In this document: positions 37,389-51,018 of the stretch, piece by piece
How the letters are laid out: every line of letters starts with the position of its first letter
Position numbering within the stretch: the first letter of the stretch is position 1
Origin: Sphaerodactylus townsendi
Taxonomy: Eukaryota
Assembly (NCBI RefSeq): GCF_021028975.2
Contig: NC_059439.1
Coordinates: forward strand, 23,002,001 to 23,066,000
Direction: 5' to 3'
DNA: 64,000 nt
Program-made: the position numbers and the translations under genes
The notes under the pieces: generated by a model
Database searches by the model: none
Told to the model about the DNA's origin: nothing
Seen by the model: the letters and a program-made list of their open reading frames with translations, nothing else

Positions 37389-40300
37389 TGTAAGGAATTC
37401 CATAGAAGCAGAAATAAAAGGCTTTTATGTGTAAAAGACCGTTTATTCAGACATCCTAGAAAGCTCACGTACACGCCGTGGCAGGAATAACATTTCCCGC
37501 CAGAAGCACAGGTTATAACTCTGTCCATCCCATCCCCCTCCCGGCTTCCCATGGGAACGTAGGTCTCATCTCCCTACATGGCGATAAGATCTCCGCCTTG
37601 AAACTGTTATCGCCCGGGTTGTGGAATGCGTCAAGGCTGGCAGGCGGCAGGCCAGCTCATCGGCACCACTGAATCGCTACACTCTCTGCCTCCCATAAAA
37701 AAGGCTTCTCCCCCCCCAGGTTTGTCGCGGAAAGGTGCGATCTGGAAAGCAGAGAATGAAGGCGGAGAGCGTCAATATTTTCGGAATAAACCCATTGATT
37801 GCCTTGGAGGTATACCCCACCCAAGAGACTAAATATTGTAAGCGTTTGCGATTAAAGCGAGAGCCCAGGATGGCGTCAATTTCGTAATGCTTGTGGCCAT
37901 CAATAATAGTCGGTGGGGGTCTCTCCGGCAGGTCGTGCCAGGCATCGAGGAAATAGGGAGCCTCCTTGAGTAAACTGGAATGGAAGACAGGATGGATATT
38001 ACTAAGAGAATTAGGCAAGTCCAATAGGACATTGACATCATTAATCACTTTAATGTCTGAAAAGATTACACGAATCTTTTGCCGAGGGCTGAAAATTTAT
38101 GTACGTCTCTGAGATTTTGGTTGTTGAACAAATACACCCAAAGCCCACGCAGAGAGGAAAATCAGAGCGGTGCCTTATCAACAAAGTTTAGAGTCACAGC
38201 CTGCTGTAAGGCTGTCTGGACCATTTTCCACCCCTACGACCCAGAGATGAAATCCACTGCTGAAACTCCGGTGGATCCAATACTTCCGCAGGTATTGGTG
38301 CGGCGCGGAGAGAGGAAAGAGCGACGAGACACAATCTCGAAGGGTTCTTTTTTGTACTGCTATGAACACATTATTATAAGCGTATTCTGCGAAAGCGGAA
38401 TTAGCTTCGCGCTGAAACTGTGCCGGGCGGTAATTGGTGCCAACAACGTAAATACTGCTCCAGAGGTTCTGTTGATTCTCTCGGACTCACCGTCACTTTG
38501 AGCGTGGTATGGGGCGGCAACCGCCGGGGCGGCCCCCAACAAACCTAGAAAGAGCTCTCCAGAACTTTGAAATGAGTTGGGGTCATGGTTGGAGACCACC
38601 TTAACGGGGGCGGAGTGTAGGCGATAAATATGCTGAATGAACAGGCAGCATACTAACCGGAGCGGAGGGGATGGAAGCACATGGGATGAAATGGGCTTGT
38701 TTAGAAAATAAGTCCACCACCACCCACAGAACCGTGTTGCCATGACTTTCGGGCAAATCTGTAATAAAAATCCATGGAGATGACTTTGAGGCGGGAGGCT
38801 ACCGGGAGAGATTTCAACAGACCATGGGGTTTTCCCGGAGCGATCTTGGCTTCCGCTGAAACAGAGCAACCTTTAATATATGCCTCAATGTCGCTGGCGC
38901 ATCAGCGCCACCAAAATTGACGGCCGGGCCAAATGCAGAGTTTTTTGGAAGCCGTGCGCTCCAGCTGAGCGAATCATGACAGGCCTCTCCGAGAACACCA
39001 ACACACGGAGGGGGGGACGCACGTACCAACAATCTTACCGCCGCCAAACCCACCATTCTCCGGCAATTGGTAGAGACCTTGCGCTATCAGTGGCTCGCGC
39101 AGCATCGCCTCCTCGAGTTCCCATGGAAAAGGAGAGACCAGCGGCTAAGAATGAAGCGGGAGAAAAGGAAGAGTGGACGTCTGAGAATCGGAGTGACGGC
39201 CAGCTGCCCAATTGGGAGGTAGAGAACAGTGCTGGAATAAGATCCCGCAAGGCAGCTCCACCCTACCCGGGGCGAAGGCGGCGAGAAGAGGCGCATCAGC
39301 CAGCGTTTATTGGTTTTTCCGGGGGAAAAATGGACCGATATGAAAGAGAAATTCGAGAAAAGAAATCGGCCGCAACGAAGTTGTTTCAGCGGACATCTTG
39401 AGGGGGGTGGAGAGAGCTGCCAAGTTCTGCATGATCCTAATCGCTGAAAACTTGAAAGGGGTGTTTAGCCCCTTCCAGCCAGTGGCGCCAAGTGGAGAGT
39501 GCTACCTTGATGGCGCGCAGTCTCTTTATCCCCTACCCCCCAGTCCAGTTGGAAGGCCTTGTGCACCGCAGAAGTTTCTTTGATAAATAAGCACCACGGA
39601 ACCAGCCTATCATCTTTATTTCTCTGCAACAGGGCTGCCCTTAAGCTGCTTTGTCCGAGGCATCCACGTGAACCACAAACGGGAGATCTGGGTCAGGGTG
39701 CTTCAGGATAGGTTCGGTAGTAAAAGCAGATTTTAAAAGCTGAAAGGCTGTCTTACATTCTTTAGACCAGGAGAAAGGGGGGCCCCGGGCTTGGCAGTCA
39801 GTGGATCTTTACCCTTAGTGCGTAAGAGGTCTGTGAGTGGGAGAGTCAGTTCAGCCGGTAATTCGGGGTATAAAGTCACGATAGAAGTTAGCAAAACCCA
39901 GCAAAGATTGGAGCTCCTTTCGGTTGGTAGGGGCAAGGTACCATTGGAGGACTGCATCAATTTTAGCAGGGATCCATTTTTAGAGCCCTCGGGTGAGATC
40001 CGGTAACTCCAAATAGTCCAATTTCAGAGGTTTGGTGGAAACAGCATTTTGAAAGTTTGGCAAAGAGGGAGTTGTTGAGCAAACTTTTCAATACTTCCCG
40101 AACTAACGCGGCATGGCTCCTCCACTGGTTTGCTTAACAAATTAAAACATCATCTAAGTTACACCACTACTCCCTTGTACAATAAATCATGGAGAACTTC
40201 TCAAGGTGATAGAGACCGCATAAAGCTCGGGGCCCCACTTTAACCCGAATGGCATTATTACATTCAAACTGTCCAAAACCTATTGGCTTTCGTGTTAAAT

Positions 40301-43300
40301 GCAGTCAAGTCGTTCATAGCGCTTCCGCACCTCTGACCCTGTAGTAATGGCTTCTCTCAAGTCCAACTAGTAAAGATGCGGCCCCTGCCCAATAGCGCCT
40401 AAAGGGTCCTTGATTAATGGCAGCGAGGGTATTTATTGGACAGGGAGACTGCATTGCCCAGATCCTCGGTAATTCTGTGCAGAAGTCGTAGAAGACCCAT
40501 CTTTCTTTTTACAAACAATACAGGAGCAGCATGTTATTGTGTGTTTCAGTAGCTCACTTTATGAACCCGCTGAAACAAGGGTTCTTTGTCTAAAGCACGG
40601 GGTTCCTTCTCCTCGGTATTGGGACTCATGCGGTAGATTCTACCTTTGGGCAGTTGCGCCCCTGGCTGTATTACCAATGGCATTTTACAGTCAGTGTCTC
40701 TATGCTGGGTGGCAACTGATCGCGATTCTTGCTCCTGAAATACTCTGGCTAGAAATCTTGGTAAGCCGGTGGAATGTCGGTCTTTAGAATCAGGAGCAAT
40801 TAGAGCCGAGCATCGCTGATGCGAAAGCCAGGGGGGGTGTGTGTCCCAGGAGAAGCCGAAGATTTCCCCCCAATTCATGTGGTCACACGCGAGGGAGGGT
40901 CAGTGAATTCTAAGATCCTTTCTTTTCCAAAATGAATTTTGGTTGTCATGCAACAACAACCATGGCATGCCCCAGAATCTATGGAGTGTTTGGCCACTGG
41001 CACCAGAATAAAACTAAACTTTTCTCCCAATGGTCGGGCGCATGGCCGAGGAGAACCAGACTGCGTTTTGAATCTAGGCGGGTCCTTTTCAGTCCTCGAG
41101 AGGACTGCACCCAGTCCATTTGGAGTGAATGGTATGATAGCCAGGGGGACCCCAGTCTGAACCTAGTTCCTCACCGGCCACCCAAATAGAGACACATTAA
41201 GCAAATGGGAGCACCACAGAATCTACAAGGAACTGAGGCTATAATGCGAGTATGCTTAGCGGGGTTGGCCAGAAACGCTTGGCAGGGTTAGCCAATGGGA
41301 GCGCTGCCTTCACTCACCCGCTGTCTGGAGTCGAACCACATGTCTATGGGGGGAGTTGAAGAAAGGCAAACAGCTGCTTCCCCCCCTCTCACTGGGTGTA
41401 GCCTTCGGTAACTTTTACCTTGTGGGACCCAGCAGCCTGTTTAGAGGCGGCCCGGATTTGCGAGGTGACTTATGCTTGGCAGATGGGGTGCGCAAGCGGC
41501 AGGAGCGATTTGCGGCATTTTGCGGGCAGTTGGCGGCCATAAGGACCTGGTCTCCGCGGTAAAGACACACAATCACCAGTCAGGCGACGGCGCTCGGAGG
41601 TGGTCTCGGTAGGGGCGGCTGGAGCTTGGCTTGGTGGTCGCTTGGCGGTGGGTCGTAAGTCGGCGGGTTTGGGAAGTGCCCTCGGCACGCAGCCGTGCTC
41701 CAAACGAGATGCCACCTGGGATCCCAATTCGATCCAATCAGGCAATAGATGCGCGGGATCCGAATTAAAAACACCGTTTCACGCAGCTTGCCAGGCGACA
41801 TTGTGCGCATCCGAGAAGTATTCCATGATTGCTGGCGAAACTCCAGGCTACTCAGGAGGGAGTCGCAGCAGCCGCCGCACGAAAGTTACCGGGCAAATTC
41901 AGCAAACGAAATGTTGCGCTTTGCTGAATAGATTTGATGGATGCGGGATAAAGCTTCATTTCCAGCACCAGGATGCTTTGGAAGCGAGCCCCATAGGCTT
42001 GGAGGAACGGGCAATCGTCACGAAAGTATCTTCATCTTGCAGGTTCAAAAGAGTCACAAACCAGTCGGCTGCCGCCCCATCCAGGACTGTTTCGATGTCC
42101 CGTGATTTTTTCGCGCACAGCTCAGACCGCGTATAAATCAGACTATAGTCCTCCATAGCTGGGCATCGAGAAGCGTAGGATGAAGTAGGGAGAGTTTGGA
42201 AGCGGTCCCATCGGAAACGGGCAGGTATTGTGAGGTCTGTAATATCCCTCCATCGCTCCTTTATCAGAGGGCGCCGGCGCGGCGCATTTAGAGGGCTGAG
42301 GCAGCGGCGCAAAATGGGCGAGAATTCCAGTGGAGGTGGAGGGTACCAACGGCGGTACAGCTGGCGTTCCGGTGGGAGCCGGTCCTTTGAAGGTGTAGCA
42401 GGACCTAAAGCAAAAGCGTCAGCCGCCTCTGGCACCGGGCTGTAGCCTGAAAGTGACAGCGTAGAACTCCAACTTGGGTTGTCCTGTTCTGCTGCTTCTT
42501 CAGTTCCTCCAAGGCAGCCAGCTCTTCCTTGCGAACACGCGCCCTGGTGCGCATGCAAAGCTTCGCTTTCTCGCGTTCCGACTTTAGCCAAGCCCGCCTC
42601 GCTGAACAGCTGCAGTTAGGATTCACTTTATGTACGCGAAGGCCTGAAACGCTTCAGCGCTGACGCCGTGAAGATCCAGTTTGGATGGCGTTCCGCAGGA
42701 CTTTATCATGGACTGATAGATTCTGCGCGATATTGCCGCTTGCGTTAGCGCCGATCTTCGGCACGGTCCAATTCGAAGTTGATTTCTTTATGCCGTTGCT
42801 ATTTCCCGGCCTCTTTGCAGGTTTTCACGCTCTTGCTGCAGCTGCTGCCTCGCTCCCTCTTCCCATAGCTGGCGTTCTCGGACCCATGCTTCTGGGCATC
42901 TCGCAGTCGGCCGCACTTCCTCATCCCAGCTCTCTTTCGATGGAGAGAGGGAATAGATCCGGATGGGAGTGCAGGCTTTCTCCGGACTATCTTCATCTGA
43001 ACGCAGGACGCCGTGGCTCCACCGGTGGCTCCATCGGGGCATCTCCAGGTGCCAGCACGCTGGTCCGGGATCTGGGGGTTCCGATCGGAATGACGGGTAC
43101 GGATAATTCTCCTCAATCCCCGATATAGTCCCAGTTTCAACGGTGGTCTTCGGACGGGCCCCTGTGTTATGCCACGGTGTAAGATCCTTGCGGAGCATCA
43201 CCAAAATACGAAGTCCAGGAATACGCTCGAATGGACTCCGCTATAATGGCACGCATTTAAAGGTGCGTCAATTTGCCCGCCTCCTCGCGACAGGTTGCAT

Positions 43301-43942
43301 CTGAGGTTTTGTAATCCATACGTAAACGGTAGATATCCGATCCGTCAGGCGCTCGATCCATAGACAGCGCCCCTTTAAAAGCGACTCATAAGTCCTCATG
43401 GTCGCCTTCGCCCCTCATTCCAACGGAGTAAAGGAAGAACTCGTGCTGATACGAGGGCGGGAAAGAATGCTGGCGGGAATTGCGTTCACCCGCCGGTTCC
43501 GTCCGTCCAGAAGGGAGAGTTCGGAACCCTCTTTGGGGGCTACCGAACCTTCCACGGGCGTATTCAACCTCTCCATGCGGAATTTTGGTCCACTGCACTA
43601 GGAAGATAGATGGCGTTCGATTCCTGCCGATATATAAAGGAATTCCATAGAAGCAGAAAAAAAAGGGCTTTTGGGTGTATAAGGCCGTTTGTTCAGACAT
43701 CCTAGAAATTTCGCGTACATTTCGCCGTGGCAGGAATAACGCTGGCTACCGCTGGCGGCACCGGTTATAACTCTGTCCATCCCAACCATCATACCGCCAA
43801 ACCCACGCAGGAACGACCGGTCCTCACCTTCCTCGCTGATCGATAAGGTCTCCGCCGCAGAAGCTGGCCCATCGCCCGGGTTGTGGAATGTAGTCAAGGC
43901 CAGGCGGCTGACCCGCTCATCAACACCACTGAATCCTTTACA
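37389..43942 (-). mobile_element. Full-length Ty3/Gypsy chromovirus (sushi-like) LTR retrotransposon, heavily frameshifted
   Basis: LTRs 37389-37681 and ~43633-43942; 5-bp TSD tccaa (37384-37388 / 43943-43947); PPT gggaggcagagag. Domain order: gag knuckle (~41540), protease (~41220), RT VV(Y)LDDVLI (~40150), RNase [13 protein letters not shown] (~39670), integrase YHAQSDGESERIN (~38480), HPVFHSSLLK and chromodomain YEIDAILGSR...QYLVSWVGY (~37800-37990). Confidence 0.93.
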
Positions 43943-44199
43943 TCCAAAGGGGAGTTGCTGTCTTAACCATGGAAAGGCTTGCCTCAAAACAACCAGCTTA
44001 AAAGACTGCAACTTATTTGAGATATACAGGCTTCATTACTAATCAGCTTATGACAATGGGGTTGATCACACACATTGAAGTATCTAGCATCACAGCCTGA
44101 ACTATAGTGCCTTCAATTGACTTACATATGCATTTACAATCAGAATGAGATTCTTCAAACTGAGAAGCATTCACAGTTAAGGACCTACCAAGACACTGT

Positions 44200-44339
44200 G
44201 GCTGATTCTGCATGGGCCAAAAACAGTGGTGTGAAAACGGTGTGAAAACAGTATAAACCCTTTTACACCATTTTAAACCCCTTTATACCATTTTCACACC
44301 GTTTTCAAACTGCTGTTTTTGGCCCATGCGGAAACAGCC
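44200..44339. mobile_element. Palindromic Harbinger-type MITE (second copy at 53191-53319)
   Basis: ggctgattctgcatgggccaaa...tttggcccatgcggaa(t)cagcc; whole element is self-complementary. Confidence 0.8.
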
Positions 44340-44369
44340 TATTTTTAAAAGGTACAGTAACTTGCTTAT

Positions 44370-44630
44370 AGCATAGTGGTTAAGAGCAGTTGACTCTAAT
44401 TTGGGTTTGATTCCGCACTCCTCCACAGACTCTTATTGGGTGAATTTGGGTTGACGCTTTAACACATGGAAGCCTTCTGGGTGACCATGGACTGATCGCC
44501 GTTCGCTGGGAACTATCCCAATATCATCTACGGGTATCTGCTTGTAGGGAGAAAAAGGGAAAGGAGTTTGTATGTTGCCTCGAGTCTCCTTACAAAAAAG
44601 AAATGTGGGGTATAAATTCAAACTCTTCTC
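44370..44630 (+). mobile_element. tRNA-derived SINE (also ~50222-50340 and ~55835-55985)
   Basis: A-box-like tagtggttaagag and B-box-like ggtttgattcc heads shared by three loci. Confidence 0.65.
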
Positions 44631-45187
44631 TTTCTCTTGTGATTACATTACACATTTTTGAATCACCAAGAAATGTCTCCAAAGTGGTAGGTTTATGTTT
44701 TGTTCTAATGTTACATTGACTTTTGATAATGAAAGAAATGTGCATTCTATACTCTATTAAACTATGTTCACCTCTCTACATTATGGTTGTATGTCTTCAC
44801 TCTAAATCGGTTTTTAATCTTCTTATAAATGCATTGATCTTCATTGTGTAATCAGCCTTTCGTATCAGTAAGAATGTCAGACTATGACACTTTTCTGCAC
44901 AAACACTTTAAAACATTTTTAGGCAGGAAATAAAACATTTCCTCCATGGAGTTGCACACTGTTTCCCCCACTTTGGTTCTGAAAATGTTTTATTTCCACC
45001 CTGGAAATGTTTTATCTGAGGCTCATTCCGCACATGCAGAATAATGCACTTTCAAACTGCTTTCAGGCATGGCCAATTGTGGCCATGCTGACAGAAACTG
45101 ATGGTGTAGTTCCTAACATCTGGAGCCGCAGGCCTACTATCATGTACTCAACTGCTGCAAAAGATCACCCAGACTGAGTTCAAATGA

Positions 45188-45642
45188 GGCCCTTTCCACA
45201 CAGCAGCAGGGCTTCTCCATGCGGCATAATTTGTATCCCATCCCCTAGCCAGAGGCGGCTCTGCACAGAGCAGCCTCTCGTCGCCCTCCCCACTCACCTG
45301 CCTCTCAGCGTCATTCTGGAGGCTGCGAGGACCTGCTTACGCTGCCCACCCGACCCCTGGAGGTCAGAAGGCAGCATGGGCGGGGCCCTGCAGTCCTCCA
45401 GAATGGCGCTGGAGAGGCAGAGTAGTAACGAGTAAAGGCTTCCTGTGGTGCAGTTTGCGCAGCGCCCGGCTGAGCCGCCTCAACAACCTAGATCGTGGGG
45501 AGGTGGGAAAATGGCGGCTTCATGCGCTGGGGCTTGAGGGCGGCTGCTGTGATGCAGCAGTGCCTCCTATGCGAACAACTCCTAGGGATGGTGTTTTACT
45601 GTCCCTAGGATGCTGTTTTTTTAACCCGATCGCGGAAGGGCC
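45188..45642. mobile_element. Harbinger-type MITE
   Basis: TIRs ggccctttccaca / cgcggaagggcc; internal inverted arms. Confidence 0.7.
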
Positions 45643-46766
45643 AGAAGAAACAAATGTGTTTTCAGCTCCTTGGTGATTTTTTTCAGATTTGGGCCCCAGA
45701 ATCTTGGGGATCCAGCCATTACAAAGAAGAACATTGGGCCTGCAAAAGGCAAGCAGAAGTTAATCTCTTGGTACTGATCATAATGCACTGATTCAGCAAT
45801 CCTGCATCCACTTTGAATATGCAGGATGTAATGACATAGGCTTAAATAAAACCACAAAACGAAAAAAGCAAAAAAACCTGCTGGGATCTGGCTGCGATGG
45901 GACCCGGCATAGCTGGATTTTTCTGGAAAATAGTCTTTATAAAGAAGTGCAACTTGGAAACCAATTTCGTTTAGTTGATTTTTTTAGAAAAGAATAATGA
46001 GGGCAGGTCAGAGCGTCATATAGCGTGGGCAACTTTCCCATCAATAGTTTTTAACTGAATAAGGGTGACTTTGCTGTAGCGACAGGAGTTGCCTGGGCAA
46101 CTGAGTTGTTCTTCTGGTGCTTTTGGAGGGTTGCTATTCAGATTTGTGTCCATTTATTTATTTTTTTGTACAGAGACTCACCTATAGAAAGGGCATTCCT
46201 AAATAGATGATGTCATACACATCACATTGAAAGATGGGTAGCTTACTGTGCCCTTGATGGCAGGTCCTTTAGGATTGCCTGAGTGAAAATAGGACAAGAG
46301 CTCACATTCCTGTCACGGTGCTCAAAATGGATCAAAACTACAAGAGTAATGGCACCAGAAGCTCCACCCCAGGTGTGGCATGGGAGGATGAACCATCCAG
46401 AAACAAGACCTGGGAAACTTGGAAGATGCCAAGATTTAAACTCATACACACTAACCAGGATGACCTTGCTTTGCTTCGACTGATGAAATCAGGCTATCAA
46501 GTTAAAGACCACACTATAATGACATCTTTGAATTTCAAACAGCTATTATACATTGATGGATATGGACATATAGACCCAGTGTACCTATAGTAGGGCAGCC
46601 AGGATGCAAGCCCTGGATTCCCACTTGAGAAGGCCACCAAGCCCTCTCCTCACCAAGAACTCCCACTTCAGGGGTCGCCGGAGGTTGAGTCCAGCAGTAA
46701 GCGGTCTAGCCACGCTTTGCAGGTGAGGGAAAAGAGGATTTCAGTGCTTACCACAGGTGCTGTTTT

Positions 46767-46958
46767 NNNNNNNNNNNNNNNNNNNNNNNNNNNNNNNNNN
46801 NNNNNNNNNNNNNNNNNNNNNNNNNNNNNNNNNNNNNNNNNNNNNNNNNNNNNNNNNNNNNNNNNNNNNNNNNNNNNNNNNNNNNNNNNNNNNNNNNNNN
46901 NNNNNNNNNNNNNNNNNNNNNAACAGACAGATAGAAAGACAGACAGACAGATAGATAC

Positions 46959-47004
<46 letters not shown>

Positions 47005-47206
47005 GGAGAAATAGATAGATAGTAAATANNNNNNNNNNNNNNNNNNNNNNNNNNNNNNNNNNNNNNNNNNNNNNNNNNNNNNNNNNNNNNNNNNNNNNNN
47101 NNNNNNNNNNNNNNNNNNNNNNNNNNNNNNNNNNNNNNNNNNNNNNNNNNNNNNNNNNNNNNNNNNNNNNNNNNNNNNNNNNNNNNNNNNNNNNNNNNNN
47201 NNNNNN
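46767..47206. other. Two assembly gaps (46767-46921, 47029-47206) flanking a (GATA)n microsatellite
   Basis: N runs seen directly. Confidence 0.99.
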
Positions 47207-47549
47207 TTCTAAGACTTAGTATTACAGTGTGGTCCCTGACCTGAAAAGTGGATCTCATCAAATCTCAGAAAGCAAAAGCAAGTATTTGGATGAGAACCAC
47301 CATAAGAATACTAAGGGTCCCTATGCAGAGACAGGCTATGACAAACCACCTCTGAATATCTTCTGCCTTGCAAACCCCTTACAAAGAATCAACATAGAGT
47401 TGGCACAACTTGATGCTACTTCACACATGCTTTGTAGGAATCTAAAGGGTGCCCCGGAAGAGAGTCAAGTCCTTGTTTCTTCACGTGCAGTTCCAGCTAG
47501 CAGCATGACAGCCAATCAGGGCGAAAAGGAAGAGCGCTGACGGGTAAAC

Positions 47550-48950
47550 TTGATTGCGCAGCAGTAGGGATTACTGCACTGTTTGGCAGCGATTGAGATG
47601 GATATTACTCATCACACATGCAGCGGTGGGGAGGGTGATATACTCTCGATGAAACTTGGTTGTGTCTGTATTTAATTTTCAGCGGGATTCAGTCAAAGAC
47701 AGCTGAAGACAGCCAGGGAGCAGCGAGGATTCAGCCGAACACGGCCGCCTCCCAAAAAGAGGCATGCAGTAGGAACGATGCGGCAAAGAAAATAGTGAAA
47801 TAGCCCTGAAGCTCTCCTATCAGCCCAATAGGCACATGGTGATGTAAGTCTGGCGGCAGCAAGGGGTATTCCCTGGGTGAGAAAGGCCTGAGGCGTTAAA
47901 GACGGCTGTGAATCACCCACGACTCACGGTTCCCTCTACAGAAGTGGGATGCGGTGGAGCCAAAGCGACCTTCTGCATGCAGCAGTGAGCGAAGCCGAAC
48001 CACATGTTGGGCAGAGCGCTGACATCACCAGGAGGAGGCGGATTGACCCTTTAAAGCCGCCCGCTTTGTTCACAACCATGTGCTGGCCAGCCCGGCGTTA
48101 CCACCTCCCCTGGGTTTTATTCCGGTTGTGCATATTTCTGTAGCTGTTGGCGGTGGCGCATGGGTAATGAGCAGAATTGCCAACGGTGGCAAAGGCAGCT
48201 CGTCCTGCCGAACACCAGCAAATCCGGGATCATGTCTTGCTAGGGCGTCTGCCCGGCAGAGCCCTTCAGCGGGAAGCGAAGTCAATACAGGGCATCCGCC
48301 CGTTGGAGCTTCGCTATGAAGGCCAGATCCAAGACCCAGCTGCGCCTCACGCTTCTGTTTTGGTTGGCTAATAAAATGGCTATGGCCAAAATGTTTATCC
48401 CAGCAAAGAGTCCAGTGTGGTTGTGGAGAGAGGATTCACGGGTGGTTCCCTCCCCTCAGATTCACCCAGGTGGTTCCCTCCCTCAAAGAAACGCTAAGGT
48501 GGCTCCACCCCAGGGATGCACCCCATCGAGTGCCAGCATGGGCCAGTTAACTTACCCAGTTGAGTCGGTGCTGCTGAAAGCACCCCTGCAGTGGCATAGG
48601 TGCGTTTATGCACGATGGGTGCTTTGCCCTGTGGCACAGGGGTTATACCAGTTTCATAGCTCTTTCATCCCCACCCCAGTGGATTGCACACTGTTCTCAC
48701 CTGCAGTGTTGTTGTACATAATGACAAATTGACCCGGTGATATGTCTCCAGGGCAAAAAAAAAAAGGCTGATTATAATTCCTTGTTTTTCCAGCTCAATT
48801 TAAACAGGTTATCCGTGCAGATTTATAGGGAGGGAATACCTGCAGAAGAGGGGAGTAGCGATTCCACATCAGTTGTTTGGTGTTCCACTCGCTAGCAAGC
48901 TGAGATAGCGGACGGTTTCTTTTGCGCTCAGGTGAGAGGTATGGTGCGTG
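47550..48950 (+). mobile_element. Possible degraded DIRS/Ngaro-type element (tyrosine recombinase region)
   Basis: CpG-rich; weak motif remnants PWVRKA (~47870), HDSRFP (~47920), LCPVA (~48620); no long frame. Confidence 0.3.
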
Positions 48951-48959
48951 TCAACGGCC

Positions 48960-49492
48960 CAGTGCAAAAGGTCTTGTGCAAATTTCTGGGGGTGCCTGCA
49001 GGGGGTGCATTTGTAGATGTATCGGTACCAATATTTCAGTGTATCATCAGGAGACTGTCCTGATTATACCCTCCAAGTTTGGTGCAGTTTGGTTCAGGGG
49101 GGCCAAAGTTATGGACCCTCAAAAGGGTAGCCCTCATCTCCTTAGTTCCCATTGGAAAGAATGGGAGATAGGGACACCCCTTTTGGGGGTCCATAACTTT
49201 GGCCCCCCTAAACCAAACCTCACCAAACTTGGAGGGTATCATAAGGACAGTCTCCTGATGATACCCTGAAATTTTGGTGCTGATATGTTTAAAAATGCGC
49301 CCCCTGCAGGCCGAAACGTGAAAAAAACCCCAAAAAATAAAAACGCAATTTGGCTGGTGATCCGAATCCCATGGATTCGGATCTGTTAGGATTCGGACAG
49401 TTCAGATTCGGCCCCTCCTCGTCCGAATCCGTCCGAATCAGTGCAGATTCGGTAAAAATTCGGATTTGGACTGGCTGAATCTCCAACCCTAG
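48960..49492. mobile_element. Non-autonomous DNA-transposon-like repeat with internal inverted repeats (related terminus near 31860)
   Basis: ccaagtttggtgcagtttgg.../ccaaacctcaccaaacttgg inverted arms; shared end gaatctccaaccct. Confidence 0.5.
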
Positions 49493-49835
49493 TGATAAGA
49501 TTGCTCTGGCATGACTTGTTTTTCAGAGAGACATGCTGATTTTGGTGATCACAGTATCTCCTCCTAAGTGCTGGCAGACTGTCTTTCTAATGATCTGTTC
49601 CAGAATTTTCCCTAGTATTGATGTCAGGATAAATGGATGGCAATTATTAGGGTCCTCCTTTTTCCCCTTTTTGGAGATGGCAATAACATTAGCCCTCCTT
49701 CAGTCCATTGGGATTTCTCCTGTTCTGCAGGAGTTCTCAAAGATTAGAAAGTGGTTCTGAGATTACTTCTGCAAGTTCTTTTAATATCCTGGGATGCAGT
49801 TCATCAGGCCCTGAGATCTGAAATCATTTAAAGTA
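49493..49835 (-). mobile_element. CR1 LINE RT-domain fragment
   Basis: Minus strand reads ISKKGKKEDPNNCHPFILTSILGKILEQII-type CR1 sequence. Confidence 0.75.
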
Positions 49836-50953
49836 GCCAGGTATAAATGCATCAGATGTTTTTCTTTGACTAAATAATAGCGAATTTGTAATCCCAGTTA
49901 GCATCCTATGTTTTTTCTTTATTTTTGGTGCTCTTTTTTATATCAGTACTAACTACTTACCTAGTTAGGTATCAAACACAGTTTTAAAATGTAAATGAAA
50001 TACTTACAACCTATCCATATTATTATCATATGATGCTGACAGTTAATTTATGGATGAATTAAAAAAAACATTTTGGAAGATGCTGGATTTTTCCTTTGCT
50101 CTTACTCCATTCCATTATACTTCTTTTACAAAAGCTCCAAGAAAGTACAGAAATTCTTCCACACTATATATTTTATTCCACCACTTTAATCTTACTTTAT
50201 ATCTCCAACAAATCATTTGCCAGTGTGATATAGTGATTAAGAGCAGCAGACTCTAATCTGAAGAGCCAGGTTTGATTCCCCACTCCTTCCCATGAAACCT
50301 ACTCAGTGACCTTTGGCCAGTAACAGTTTGCTGAGACCAATTACGCATAAGGCATCTGTTTTGGGATGTGGATGAATGTACATTGCTGCAAGATTTCATG
50401 TATGAACATCTATACTCAAGCCCCGCTTTCACTTTCATTCTCCCTGCAGTAAGCAAGAACACTTCCAACACTAATTTAATTTTGCTTTATGGCCAGAGCA
50501 GTCAGAGTTGCCAGTGAACACAGTATTACCCCAGACCTCTTCCCACCACCCACAGCCAGCCTGCCTAGTTTCACTTCCCCCACACTCCCTTTCACTGATT
50601 TACACACACTTCCCCCTCTGCCTGTCTAAATGCTACTATCAATACATATATAGAAATAACACAAGCAGGGTCTCCTTCTGGCTCCATCCCACCTCCCCTG
50701 ATCTGCTTCTGCTCTCTCTGATGATCAGGAGGGCTTTTTAAAATTTCTTTCAGACAAACTTCTGTTTTTAAAAAACAAGCCTTTCTTTTTGGCTTTTGCA
50801 AAGGAGCAAAACAAGCAGGGTCTGTTTTTGTCTTCACCTCATCTCCCCGACTCCCTGACTCTGCTTCTGCCCTCCCTGCTGATTGGGAGGGCTTTTTACA
50901 ACTTTATTTCAAACAATACCGTATTTTAAAACAATTTTTCCAGCTGCAGTAGT

Positions 50954-50956
<3 letters not shown>

Positions 50957-51014
<58 letters not shown>
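50957..51014. repeat. (AG)n microsatellite
   Basis: Direct. Confidence 0.95.

Positions 51015-51018
<4 letters not shown>

Noticed and set aside
41470-43204. Domesticated gag gene (PEG10/RTL-like)
   Set aside because: It lies within LTRs with a TSD and has no sustained open frame.
44370-44430. tRNA gene
   Set aside because: A/B boxes only, no cloverleaf; SINE head.
46668-47261. ORFs spanning N runs
   Set aside because: Assembly-gap artefacts.
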